From: Eledone cirrhosa
Lineage: Eukaryota
Length of the DNA: 64,000 nucleotides
Assembly: GCA_964016885.1 (NCBI GenBank)
Contig: OZ024741.1
Span: 7,006,001 to 7,070,000, forward strand
Direction: 5' to 3'
Shown here: positions 13,251 to 25,689 of the stretch, in pieces
How positions within the stretch are numbered: position 1 is the stretch's first letter
Layout of the letters: the number at the start of each line of letters is the position of its first letter
Program-made: the position numbers and the translations under genes
Notes under the pieces: model-generated
What the model saw: only the letters and a program-made list of their open reading frames with translations
Database searches by the model: none
What the model was told of the DNA's origin: nothing

Positions 13251-13449
13251 TGTTAATTAAAGCAAAATAGATGGAAAATAGGAGCTATTATATATAAAAA
13301 ATCTTTGAGAACAATAAGCTGGCTAAACAGTGCAAAGATGGCGGCCGGACTGGATGTCAGCCATTTTGTAAGCTGTGTTGCTCTCTTCGTTAAACTAAAC
13401 ACACTGATTGTAATTCTAACCGCTTTATTGAACACCAACCACATTCATA

Positions 13450-15105
13450 TTGTTGTTACTGCTGTTGTTGTTACTGCTGATGCTGTTGTTATTGCTGTTG
13501 TTGTTACTGCTATTGTTGTTACTGCTGTTGTGTTGTTGTTATTGCTGTTGTTGTTATTACTGTTGTTGTTACTGCTGTTATTGTTTCTGCTGTTGTTGTT
13601 ACTGCTGATTGCTGTTGTTATTGCTGCTGTTGTTACTGCTGTTGTATTGTTGTTACTGCTGTTGTTGTTACTGCTGTTGTTGTTGTTACTGCTGTTGTTG
13701 TTACTGCTGTTGTTGTTGTTACTGCTGTTGTTGTTACTGCTGATTGCTGTTGTTATTGCTGCTGTTGTTACTGCTATTGTTGTTACTGCTGTTGTGTTGT
13801 TGTTATTGCTGTTGTTGTTATTACTGTTGTTGTTACTGCTGTTGTTGTTACTGCTGTTGTTGTTGTTACTACTGTTGTTGTTACTGCTGTTGTTGTTACT
13901 ACTGTTGTTGTTACTGCTGTTGTTGTTACTGCTGTTGTTGTTACTGCTGTTGTTGTTACTGCTGTTGTTGTTGTTACTACTGTTGTTGTTACTGCTGTTG
14001 TTGTTCTTACTGCTGTTGTTGTTACTGCTGTTGTTGTTACTGCTGTTGTTGTTACTGCTGTTGTTGTTGTTACTACTGTTGTTGTTACTGCTGTTGTTGT
14101 TACTGCTATTGTTGTTGTTACTGCTGTTGTTGTTCTTATTGCTGTTGTTGTTACTGCTGTTGTTGTTACTGCTGTTGTTGTTACTGCTGTTGTTGTTGTT
14201 ACTGCTGTTGTTGTTACTGCTGATGCTGTTGTTATTGCTGTTGTTGTTACTGCTATTGTTGTTACTGCTGTTGTGTTGTTGTTATTGCTGTTGTTGTTAC
14301 TGTTGTTGTTGTTACTGTTGTTGTTACTGCTGTTGTTGTTGTTACTGCTGTCGTTGTTGTTACTGTTGTTGTTGTTACTGCTGTTGTTGTTGTTACTGTT
14401 GTTGTTGCTGCTGTTGTTGTTGTTACTGCTGGTGTTGTTGTTAACGTTAGGGACGTAGTTATTTTTGTTATTTTGGAGTTTTTTTGCTTTTGTTCTTGTT
14501 GGCTACTATTGTTGTTGTGGCTACTGTTGTTGTTGTAGTTGTTGTGGCTACTGTTGTTGTTGTAGTTGTTGTGGCTACTGTTGTTGTTGTTATCACTGTT
14601 GTGGCTACTGTTGTTGTTGTAGTTGTTGTGGCTACTGTTGTTGTTGTAGTTGTTGTGGCTACTGTTGTTGTTGTAGTTGTTGTGGCTACTGTTGTTGTTG
14701 TTATCACTGTTTTGGCTACTGTTGTTGTTGTTATCACTGTTGTTGTTTTACCCCAGTTGTTGGTCGTATTGTCGTTATTGTTGTCCATTCTGCTGTTGTC
14801 CTAACAGTGTTGTAGAGTTGTGTTTGTTGTTATTGTTGTTGCTATTGCTGCTATTGTTGTAGTTGTTATTGTTGTTGTTGTTACTTTTACTGCTGTTGAT
14901 ATTGGTGTTGCTATTGTTGTTGTTCTCTGGTACTTTTGTTATAGACACGGTTTTAAAAAAAATGTTGTTATTGTTGTCACTAGTAATAATGTTGTTATTA
15001 CAGTTACTGCAACTGATGTTGTTTTTACTGTTGCTGTTGTTGATAGGTGGCGGTAGTGGTACTAATGCTGTTTTTACAGTTGTGTTTGTCGTTGTTGTTG
15101 TTACA
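13450..15105. repeat. (GTT/ACT/GCT)n compound array with 12-27 bp superunits
   Basis: Seen directly, e.g. recurring GTTGTTACTGCT and GTGGCTACTGTTGTTGTTGTAGTT units. Confidence 0.9.
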
Positions 15106-15113
15106 GATTAAAT

Positions 15114-15927
15114 TGGTGGTTGTGGTTGTGGTTATGGTGGTGGTGGTGATGGTTGTGGTGGTAGTGGTGGTGGAGGTGGTGATGGTTGTGGTGGTGGTGG
15201 TGATGGTTGTGCTGGTGGTGGTGGTGGTGGTGGAGGTGGTGGTAGTGGTGGTAGTGGTGGAGGTGGTGGTAGTGGTGGTGGTGGAGGTGGTGGTAGTGGT
15301 GGTGGTGGTGGTAGTGGTGGTGGTGGTGGAGGTGGTGGTAGTGGTGGAGGTGGTGGTAGTGGTGGTGGTGGTGGTGGAGGTGGTGGTAGTGGTGATGGTT
15401 GTGCTGGTTGTGGTGGTGGTGGTGGTGGTGGAGGTGGTGGTAGTGGTGGTGGTGGTGGTAGTGGTGGTGGAGGAGGGGGTGGTAGTGGTGGAGGTGGTGG
15501 TAGTGGTGGTGGTGGTGGTGGTGGTAGTGGTGGTGGTGGTGGAGGTGGTGGTAGTGGTGGAGGTGGTGGTAGTGGTGGAGGTGGTGGTAGTGGTGGTGGT
15601 GGTGGTGGTGGTGGTGATGGTTGTGCTGGTGGTGGTGGTGGTGGTGGTGGAGGTGGTGGTAGTGGTGGTGGTGGTGGTAGTGGTGGTGGAGGAGGGGGTG
15701 GTAGTGGTGGAGGTGGTGGTAGTGGTGGTGGTGGTGGTGGTGGTAGTGGTGGTGGTGGTGGAGGTGGTGGTAGTGGTGGAGGTGGTGGCAGTGGTAGAGG
15801 TGGTGGTAGTGGTGGTGGTGGTGGAGGTGGTGGTGGTGGTGGAGGTGGCGGTAGTGGTGGAGGTGGTGGTAGTGGTGGAGGTGGTGGTAGTGGTGGAGGT
15901 GGTGGTAGTGGTGGTGGTGGTGGTGGC
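15114..15927. repeat. (GGT/AGT/GGA)n array
   Basis: Seen directly; source of the poly-Pro/His ORFs. Confidence 0.95.
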
Positions 15928-16467
15928 ATTGTTTCTCTTTTCCGTTAACGCTGCTGCTGCTGCTGTCCTTGTTTTCTTTTCTCATCCTTCTTTTCCAATT
16001 TCTTGGAAGAAAAGGAAGAGGAAGTCGAAGGAGGCTGAGTGGTTCATTAAAATCTGTTAAGTATGTAATTACTGTATTGGTGATAGGGGGTGGGTATTAC
16101 TGTATGGTGGCAGACGACATTGTTGGGATGGGGAGAGAGAGGGAGAGAGGAGGAGAGATTGAGAGATAGGAGGAGAGAGAGAGAGGGAGCGAGAGAGAGA
16201 GTGAGAGAGTGAGATTCAGTGGTGGATGAAGAGAGAGAGTGAGAGGTTGGGGAGAGATATAAAGGTGAAGAAAATGATACTAAGGAGGAAATTGAAAATT
16301 TCGAACGGAAGAACGTATTGGAGACATATTGATCATACATACATACATACATACATACATACATACATACATACATACATACATACATACACACATACAT
16401 ACATACATACATACATACATACACACATACATACATACATACATACACACATACATACATACATACA

Positions 16468-16513
16468 TGATGATGATGGCTGCCCCCTCGTTATCGAGTA
16501 TGGCCATTGCACA

Positions 16514-16587
<74 letters not shown>

Positions 16588-16588
16588 G

Positions 16589-16629
<41 letters not shown>

Positions 16630-16634
16630 AAAAG

Positions 16635-16667
<33 letters not shown>

Positions 16668-16785
16668 TATACATATATATATACATACACATATATACAC
16701 ACACATACATACACATACATACATATATACACACACACATACATACACATACACTCACACATATATACACACATACATTAATAAC

Positions 16786-16831
<46 letters not shown>

Positions 16832-16910
16832 GCAATAATATTAATAACGACAACAACAACAATAATATACATATTCATATATATATACACACACACGCAC
16901 GCACATAAGC

Positions 16911-16948
<38 letters not shown>

Positions 16949-18772
16949 GATAGCAACTAACAGTGCTGCGATCGAATGTGGCTTTTTAGCCCAGCCAATG
17001 ATCTAAAATGTCTTGCACAGAGTCGGCAACCAAAACATTTACTGGGAATAGTCGGCTGTGGTTGGAGTTCGTGTACTTTTGCATGTCGCTTGAGTCCTCC
17101 TGCTGATTTACATTCTCTACCACATGTTTGGCAAGCATGATGAGTAGCATCTCCAACAGCAGCCTGGTAGTCAACCACTGGTCTTACTTTATGACTGCGA
17201 AGATGACTTTCGAGTCCAGCTTTGCTTAGGCAGAGTCTCGCACAGACGCTGCATGTCAGAAACATAGGAGGACCCTCGCCGTCTGGAAGTGCAACAGCAA
17301 TACCCTTCCTCACGTCCCGCTTTACTTTCTCGTGTGCGATTCGAGATGCCTCAAAGGCAACTTTTCCCTCATATACAGTCTTTCTCCATTTATTACGATC
17401 AGCAGCAATATTTTCCCATGTATCAGCAGAGATGTTAGCGTCTTTCAGAGAGGCCTTCAAGGAATCCTTATACCTCTTTTTTGGTTTATGTGGCGGTCGT
17501 TTTCCTTTAACCAACTCTCCATAGAAGAGTTGTTTTGGTATTCTAGAATCCTTCATCCTGGCAAGGTGACCACTCCAACGGAGTCGCTGCCTAAGCACAA
17601 GAGCTTCTATACTGTCACACATAGAGCTTTCCAAAATCTCGACATCACTGATGTGGTCCCTCCAGCGAACGCCATGTATCCGTCTGAGACACATCTGATG
17701 GAAACGCTCCAATTGCCTAAGGTGGCGTCGATATGTGACCCAGGTCTCGCAGGCATAAAGAAGACAAGAGAGTACACATGCCCTGTACACCCTTACCTTT
17801 GTCCTCCTGCATATGTCTCGCCGACCCCAGAGTCGCCTTTCTAGCTTTCCGAAAGCATCACTTGCTTTCCTAATCCTAAGTGAGATTTCACTGTCAAGGT
17901 TGCCGTATCGATTGACAGTGCTTCCCAGGTAGACAAACTGATCAACCACTCCAAGTCGTTTGCCATACACATAGATGTTTGGTTCAGTGTACTGCCTACC
18001 AGGTGCAGGTTGGTACATGACGACGGTTTTCTTGAGACTGACAGTCAAACCCAGGGCAGTGCAAGCGTCAGAAAATACATTCAAAATGTGCTGCATATCA
18101 CTCTCTGTGTGCGCTACAAGATCGCAATCATCTGCATACAAGAGGTCTCTTATGACCGATGTAAATACCTTTGTCTTCGCAGCAAAGCGCCTGATGTTAA
18201 ATATGCTGCCTGAGGTTCGATATCGGATGTAAACACCATGCTCGCAATTCCTGAATGCAACACAGAAAACCATTGCAAAGTATATGGCAAACAGGGTCGG
18301 TGCTGGAATATCCCCCTGTTTCACTCCATTTTTTACTGAGATAGGCTCCGACATGTTACCTCCGACATTAACCCAAGCCCTCATGTCGTCATGGAAAGAC
18401 CTAACTAAAGCAAGGAACTTATCAGGGCAACCAAGTTTCTGGAGAATCTTCCATAATGCATCTCTGTTGACAGTATCGAAAGCCTTTGTCAGATCGACAA
18501 AAACCTGATACAGATCCAAGCCCTGTTCAATGCACTTCTCCTGGAGCTGTCTAGCTGAGAAGATCATATCAGTAGTGCCGCGTCCAACACGAAAACCAGA
18601 TTGACTTTCAGGAAGGACACAATCTGCAATGTGTGTCAGCAGACGGTCCAGAAGCACCCTACATAAAACTTTCCCCACGACAGAAAGCAATGATATACCT
18701 CTGTAGTTCCCACAATCATTCCTGTTACCCTTTCCCTTGTACAAGACCACCATTACTGCATCTCTCCAGTCC
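16468..18772 (-). mobile_element. 5'-truncated RTE-clade (BovB-like) LINE flanked by (CATA)n arrays
   Basis: RT ORF, microsatellite-rich 3' UTR, terminal stem-loop GGCCATACTCGATAACGAGGGGCAGCC and (CAT)n-(GTAT)n tail. Confidence 0.92.
16957..18771 (-). CDS. RTE LINE ORF: reverse transcriptase plus three C-terminal C2H2 zinc fingers; APE endonuclease lost by 5' truncation
   Basis: Uninterrupted frame from DWRDAVMVVLYKGKG: NYRGISLLS, ESQSGFR, FVDLTKAFD, GVKQG, LYADD, YLGS, LLYACETW, LRWSGH; fingers CSVC..H..H, CQTC..H..H, CRLC..H..H. Confidence 0.93.
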   Translation of the reverse strand, partial: DWRDAVMVVLYKGKGNRNDCGNYRGISLLSVVGKVLCRVLLDRLLTHIADCVLPESQSGFRVGRGTTDMIFSARQLQEKCIEQGLDLYQVFVDLTKAFDTVNRDALWKILQKLGCPDKFLALVRSFHDDMRAWVNVGGNMSEPISVKNGVKQGDIPAPTLFAIYFAMVFCVAFRNCEHGVYIRYRTSGSIFNIRRFAAKTKVFTSVIRDLLYADDCDLVAHTESDMQHILNVFSDACTALGLTVSLKKTVVMYQPAPGRQYTEPNIYVYGKRLGVVDQFVYLGSTVNRYGNLDSEISLRIRKASDAFGKLERRLWGRRDICRRTKVRVYRACVLSCLLYACETWVTYRRHLRQLERFHQMCLRRIHGVRWRDHISDVEILESSMCDSIEALVLRQRLRWSGHLARMKDSRIPKQLFYGELVKGKRPPHKPKKRYKDSLKASLKDANISADTWENIAADRNKWRKTVYEGKVAFEASRIAHEKVKRDVRKGIAVALPDGEGPPMFLTCSVCARLCLSKAGLESHLRSHKVRPVVDYQAAVGDATHHACQTCGRECKSAGGLKRHAKVHELQPQPTIPSKCFGCRLCARHFRSLAGLKSHIRSQHC

Positions 18773-19568
18773 TACATACATACATACATACATACATACA
18801 TACATACACACATACATACATACATACATACATACACACATACATACATACATACATACACACATACATACACACATACATACACACATACATACACACA
18901 TACATACATACATACATACATACATACATACATACACACATACATACACACATACATACACACATACATACATACATACATACATACATACATACATACA
19001 TACACACATACATACATACATACATACATACACACATACATACATACATACATACATACACACATACATACACACATACATACACACATACATACATACA
19101 TACATACATACATACATACACACATACATACATACACACATACACACATACATACATACATACACACATACATACACACATACATACATACATACATACA
19201 TACATACATACATACACACATACATACATACATACATACACACATACATACACACATACATACACACATACATACACACATACATACATACATACATACA
19301 TACATACATACATACATACACACATACATACATACATACATACATACACACATACATACATACATACATACACACATACATACACACATACATACACACA
19401 TACATACATACATACATACATACATACATACATACACACATACATACATACATACATACACACATACATACACACATACATACATACATACATACATACA
19501 CACATACATACATACATACATACATACATACATACATACACACATACACACATACATACATACATACA
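18773..19568. repeat. (CATA/CACA)n tetranucleotide array
   Basis: Seen directly. Confidence 0.95.
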
Positions 19569-19752
19569 TGATGGCTGCCAACTCGTTTCCGAGTACGGCC
19601 ACTACTTTATATCCATGTAGGAGAACCCCTACCGATGCGCTGAACGAGTGTGACTTTTTAGTCCAGCCAGCGACTTGAAAACTCTGGTACAAACACTACA
19701 CCTGCAACAATTATTGACACATAGTGCTGGGCCCATGGTACCATGTGACGAC
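19569..19752 (-). mobile_element. 5'-truncated copy of the RTE-related non-autonomous element
   Basis: Matches the 3' ~185 bp of 21555-22162; encodes [23 protein letters not shown]; ends GCAGCCATCAT-(GTAT)n. Confidence 0.85.
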
Positions 19753-19789
19753 ATATATATATACATACATACATACATACATATATATA

Positions 19790-20046
19790 TGGTGGCTGCC
19801 AACTCGTTTTCGAGTACGGCCACTACTTTATATCCATGTAGGAGAACCCCTACCGATGCGCTGAACGAGTGTGACTTTTTAGTCCAGCCAGCGACTTGAA
19901 AACTCTGGTACAAACACTACACCTGTGACCATTATTGACACATAGTGCAGGGCCCATGGTACCATGTGATGACAAGTGCAGAGAGATCTCCAGATATAAA
20001 GCAATGCCTGTGCTGTGAAGCTTTTATAGTGAGCAAAGGCACTGCA
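19790..20046 (-). mobile_element. 5'-truncated copy of the RTE-related non-autonomous element
   Basis: Matches the 3' ~255 bp of 21555-22162. Confidence 0.85.
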
Positions 20047-20189
20047 ATTTTGATTGGTCGGTAGAGGTCATGTGAATGTAAAAAGTTGATTTTGCGCCAT
20101 CTTAATAGCCATTTGACACACATCGCTGCTGGCCATTGTCGCAGCATCGAACACCTTACTACTACTACTACTACACACACACACACACA

Positions 20190-20238
<49 letters not shown>

Positions 20239-20764
20239 ACATATTTGTTGTGAAAGAGTCATTTCTCAATCTTGGCGCAAAACCATTTTTTTATCCACAT
20301 GACCTCTACCGACCAATCAAAATTGTTTTGACCAAGAATTTTTGCTGGAGCCACTTTTTTAACATTTTAACATAAAAACAGTCTTGGCGCAAAATCAACT
20401 TTTTACACTCACATGACCTCTACCGACCAATCAAAATTGTTTTGACCACAAGCATTTTTGCAACACAAAAATAACGCTGGAGCCACTTTTTTAACATAAA
20501 AACAGGTAGAATTCCCAAAACTAATCAGATCAGAGCAAACAGCACGGACACTCTATCTCAAAATTATTTTTGAAAAGCATTTAGAAATGCGCAACCGGTA
20601 AAAACTTAAAAACTTAAAACCACAACTGAATACTAACCCATACAATCACTAATACTCTTTTATTCCTAATTAAACCATTTTTCAACTGTGAACAATTTGT
20701 CAGCATTTTCTATTCCGTTTACCAATATATAATAACTTGTGTGTTACACCTCTATTCTTTTAAC
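20047..20764. mobile_element. Unclassified repeat with a ~53-bp unit present once inverted and twice direct
   Basis: 20047-20099 is the reverse complement of 20385-20438 (TGGCGCAAAATCAAC...CCGACCAATCAAAATT); direct variant at 20273-20323. Confidence 0.5.
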
Positions 20765-21554
<790 letters not shown>

Positions 21555-22162
21555 TGGTGGCTGCCAACTCGTTTTCGAGTACGGCCACTACTTTATATCC
21601 ATGTAGGAGAACCCCTACCGATGCGCTGAACGAGTGTGACTTTTTAGTCTAGCCAGCGACTTGAAAACTCTGCTACAAACACTACACTTGTGACAATTAT
21701 TGACACATAGTGCTGGGCCCATGGTACCATGTGACGACAAGTGCAGAGAGATCTCCAGATATAAAGCAATGCCTGTGCCGTGAAGCTTTTATAGTGAGCA
21801 AAGGCACTGCACAAAGCCAGTCCCACTCTCTTAACCAAGAGGATATTTACCAAAAAGAAGAACAAGTCAACATCATTGGATACCATCAGGGTTGCAGGTG
21901 TTATATCAGAGTTTTCCTTCTCCTAGAATTCTGCCTTGACAAAGGCTAAGGGGTCATCTCTCCCAGTGATTTTGGATGGCCATTGACTCTTAAGAGTTCC
22001 TTTGCCCTTTGACAGGATTTGTTTTTAGTCCTGCAGGATGTCCAAAGTCACCCTCCCCACCAAGAAACATTGGTGGGGTTGCCAGTTTAGTCGCCAACGA
22101 CCCGACCATGGGACAGGTTGTACTGGAATACATGTTACCAGTAGCACCAACTGGTGACCTGA
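21555..22162 (-). mobile_element. Bipartite non-autonomous RTE-derived element, about 610 bp
   Basis: 5' part has an RTE 5'UTR-like motif (CTAGGAGAAGGAAAACTCTGAT); 3' part has a terminal C2H2 finger remnant and an RTE-type stem-loop end; both ends match 28569-29177. Confidence 0.8.
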
Positions 22163-22168
22163 CATACA

Positions 22169-22202
<34 letters not shown>

Positions 22203-22215
22203 CATACATACATAT

Positions 22216-22246
<31 letters not shown>

Positions 22247-22316
22247 CATACATACATATATATATACATACATACCTATATATATACATACATACATACA
22301 TACATACATACATACA

Positions 22317-22352
<36 letters not shown>

Positions 22353-22397
22353 TATATATACATACATATATATATATATACATACATTCATATATAC

Positions 22398-22430
<33 letters not shown>

Positions 22431-22499
22431 CATACATATATATATATATATATACATACATATATACATATATACATATATATATATATACATACATAC

Positions 22500-22543
<44 letters not shown>

Positions 22544-22547
<4 letters not shown>

Positions 22548-23817
22548 ATTAGAATACCGGAGCGTGTTGGAGTTAAACACCCTCTTCTATTTTTATTTGT
22601 AATTTTATTCAGATTCATCTTTGGATAACCCCCCCCCCCCCATGCGCACATAAACTTATTGTCAACCCCTCCAGATTGACTATGTTTATATTTAACCCCC
22701 CCCCTCTTTTACGCTCCGTTCTATTATTTATTATAGTATATCGACTATATTTTATGCCCCTTCGCACCCTCCATATATTTCATCAATTCTGTCCCCATTA
22801 GCCTACCTTAATTCTACTTAAGTCAGTTTTTTAGATATCGTTATGTATATGATAGTAAAAATTTCATTCCTTTTGTAAACATTTGTAACGAAACATTAAA
22901 GTTTATAAACTTTAATGACTTAAACTGCAGCTAATATTAGACTACCCTATTCGATAGTTTTGATATTTTTAATATTAATTTATCAAATAGGGTTTTGAGT
23001 CAATTAAAATGATTGTTTTCCTTAGTGTTTACCTAACTTCTTAACCGCATGTGAGGCCTAAGTGTGTATATATTTGCTTTTGTTTTGTAATTTCCGGTTG
23101 ATTATATTTATTTATTTTATTCTATATTCTATTTACTATTCACTGTCTGGCTTTACTTACACATCCACATATGTCTGTCTAATAACCTTGTAATTATAAG
23201 TATTTATACATTATTTTATGTCAATTTATAATATATTATATTATATTGTATTGTAATATTGATCCTTATTACTTACTGTTCATTATATGTAATATTATGA
23301 TATTTAGACTTTATATATCATGTATGATGTATGTATTTTTTTTAATATTGTAATATTGATCCTTATTACTTACTGTTCATTATATGTAACATTATGATAT
23401 TTAGACTTTACATATCATGTAAGATGTCTGTATATATTTTTTTCTGTACCATCATAATTTTTTGAGTATTATATAATTTATTTTTCCTCATTTACTCTGT
23501 AACCCAGTATGTATCGATTTGTATATATTGTTTATTGTAAATGTTAATACACTGTTTACATATTATCATTGTATTTTGTTGTGACATCTTTATTGTTTCT
23601 GTAAATTAACCGGGGATTATCTATTATATTATATTGAATTATATAATTTTATTGTTTATTATTTATTATATGTGTCTCTTGTAATTATATCATATTATTG
23701 CCTCATGTATATTGGGTAGATGTATTGGTATTATTTTCACTCTTATCATGCTTATTTTTATATTCAAACTTCTAATAAGGCTTAATTTGTGTAGTTGAAC
23801 ATAGATGCGTGTGTTGT

Positions 23818-23860
<43 letters not shown>

Positions 23861-24292
23861 ACATATAGACATGTATATATTGTACCTTTTGATTTTTAAT
23901 TGTAATTTTAATGTTGGTAAAGGTATATTATTATAATGTATTATGTTATATTACATTGTGTTATATATAATTCCTGCTCTATATAACCAAATTTGTTTAG
24001 ATTTAGGTTAGTTGCTTTGGACTATATTTGTAATATGGTTCTTAATGTTATATACATCCTTAGTTACACTTATTATATATTTTTATTATTTTTATCTTTA
24101 TTTTTATTATCATATATTTTTGCAAGACTTTAGTGTATGTACACTCCATATTCTTCGGAGATTCCGGCTTGTATCTGCCGATATTACTTCTTGTTGTTTT
24201 GATTGCCCTGATGAGTCCTTAATAGGACGAAACATCGTCGGCTAATAAAAACTTTTGATGTATTAAAGGATTCTTTGTTTTACTCTCTTAAT
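22544..24292 (+). mobile_element. AT-rich probable PLE 3' UTR/pseudo-LTR between (TA)n arrays
   Basis: Hammerhead plus AATAAA near its 3' end; internal ~95-bp tandem duplication at 23248-23432; no ORF. Confidence 0.6.
24203..24245 (+). ncRNA. Minimal type I hammerhead ribozyme
   Basis: gcc-CTGATGA-gtcct(taat)aggac-GAAA-catc-GTC^ggc; predicted cleavage after 24239. Confidence 0.85.
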
Positions 24293-24624
24293 ATATATAT
24301 ATATATATATATATGAAAAAATGGGGAGAAGAATACTGCAGGTTGCACATGGATAACATGTTATAAAATGAGTCCCTCATCAGTGATTTGCCGACGATCA
24401 TAGATATTTCATTGCATTAAAAATCATATACCTCACGTCGGTGCAATAATAACTAAATTAAGTTATTAGGACAATTAAAACGCGTAAAGCGAGTGAGACA
24501 AGATAACAACAAAGAGGAAAGCTAACCGTAGAGAGGAAGGGAACAAGCTACATAGTTATTTTGTTACCATAAGCTAGGTGAATATATGAGCGCTTAGAAA
24601 AAAGACCTTTCGGGCTGAATCCAA

Positions 24625-24636
24625 TACATACATACA

Positions 24637-24672
<36 letters not shown>

Positions 24673-24849
24673 CATATTTATATATATACATACATATATA
24701 CATATACATATATACATACATATATACATATATATATATACATATATATATATACATACATATATACATATATATATATCCATAAATATATACATACATA
24801 TATACATATATATATACATAAATATATACATATATATATATACATACAT

Positions 24850-24880
<31 letters not shown>

Positions 24881-24919
24881 CATACATACATACATATATA
24901 TATACATACATATATATAT

Positions 24920-24952
<33 letters not shown>

Positions 24953-25688
24953 CATACATATATACATATTTATATATATACATACATATATATATATATA
25001 CATACATATATACATATACATATATACATACATATATACATATATATATATACATATATATATATACATACATATATACATATATATATATCCATAAATA
25101 TATACATACATATATACATATATATATATACATAAATATATACATATATATATATACATACATATATACATATATACATATACATATATACATACATATA
25201 TACATATACATATATACATATATATATATACATACATATATACATATATATATATCCATAAATATATACATACATATATACATATATATATATACATAAA
25301 TATATACATATATATATATACATACATATATACATATAAATATATACATACATATATACATATATATATATACATAAATATATACATATATATATATACA
25401 TACATATATACATATATATATATACATACATATATACATATATACATATACATACATATATACATATATATATATATACATACATATATATATATACATA
25501 CATATATACATATATATATATATACATACATATATACATATATATATATATACATACATATATACATATATATACATATATACATATATATATATATATA
25601 CATACATATATACATATACATACATATATACATATATATACATATATATATATATACATACATATATACATATATATATACATATACA
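24625..25688. repeat. (TA/CATA)n array
   Basis: Seen directly. Confidence 0.95.
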
Positions 25689-25689
25689 C

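Noticed and set aside
15101-16060. Poly-proline (formin/extensin-like) ORF
   Set aside because: (GGT)n microsatellite with no flanking domain or exon structure
17222-18508. Short plus-strand ORFs overlapping the RTE RT
   Set aside because: Antisense shadows of the LINE ORF with no independent motifs
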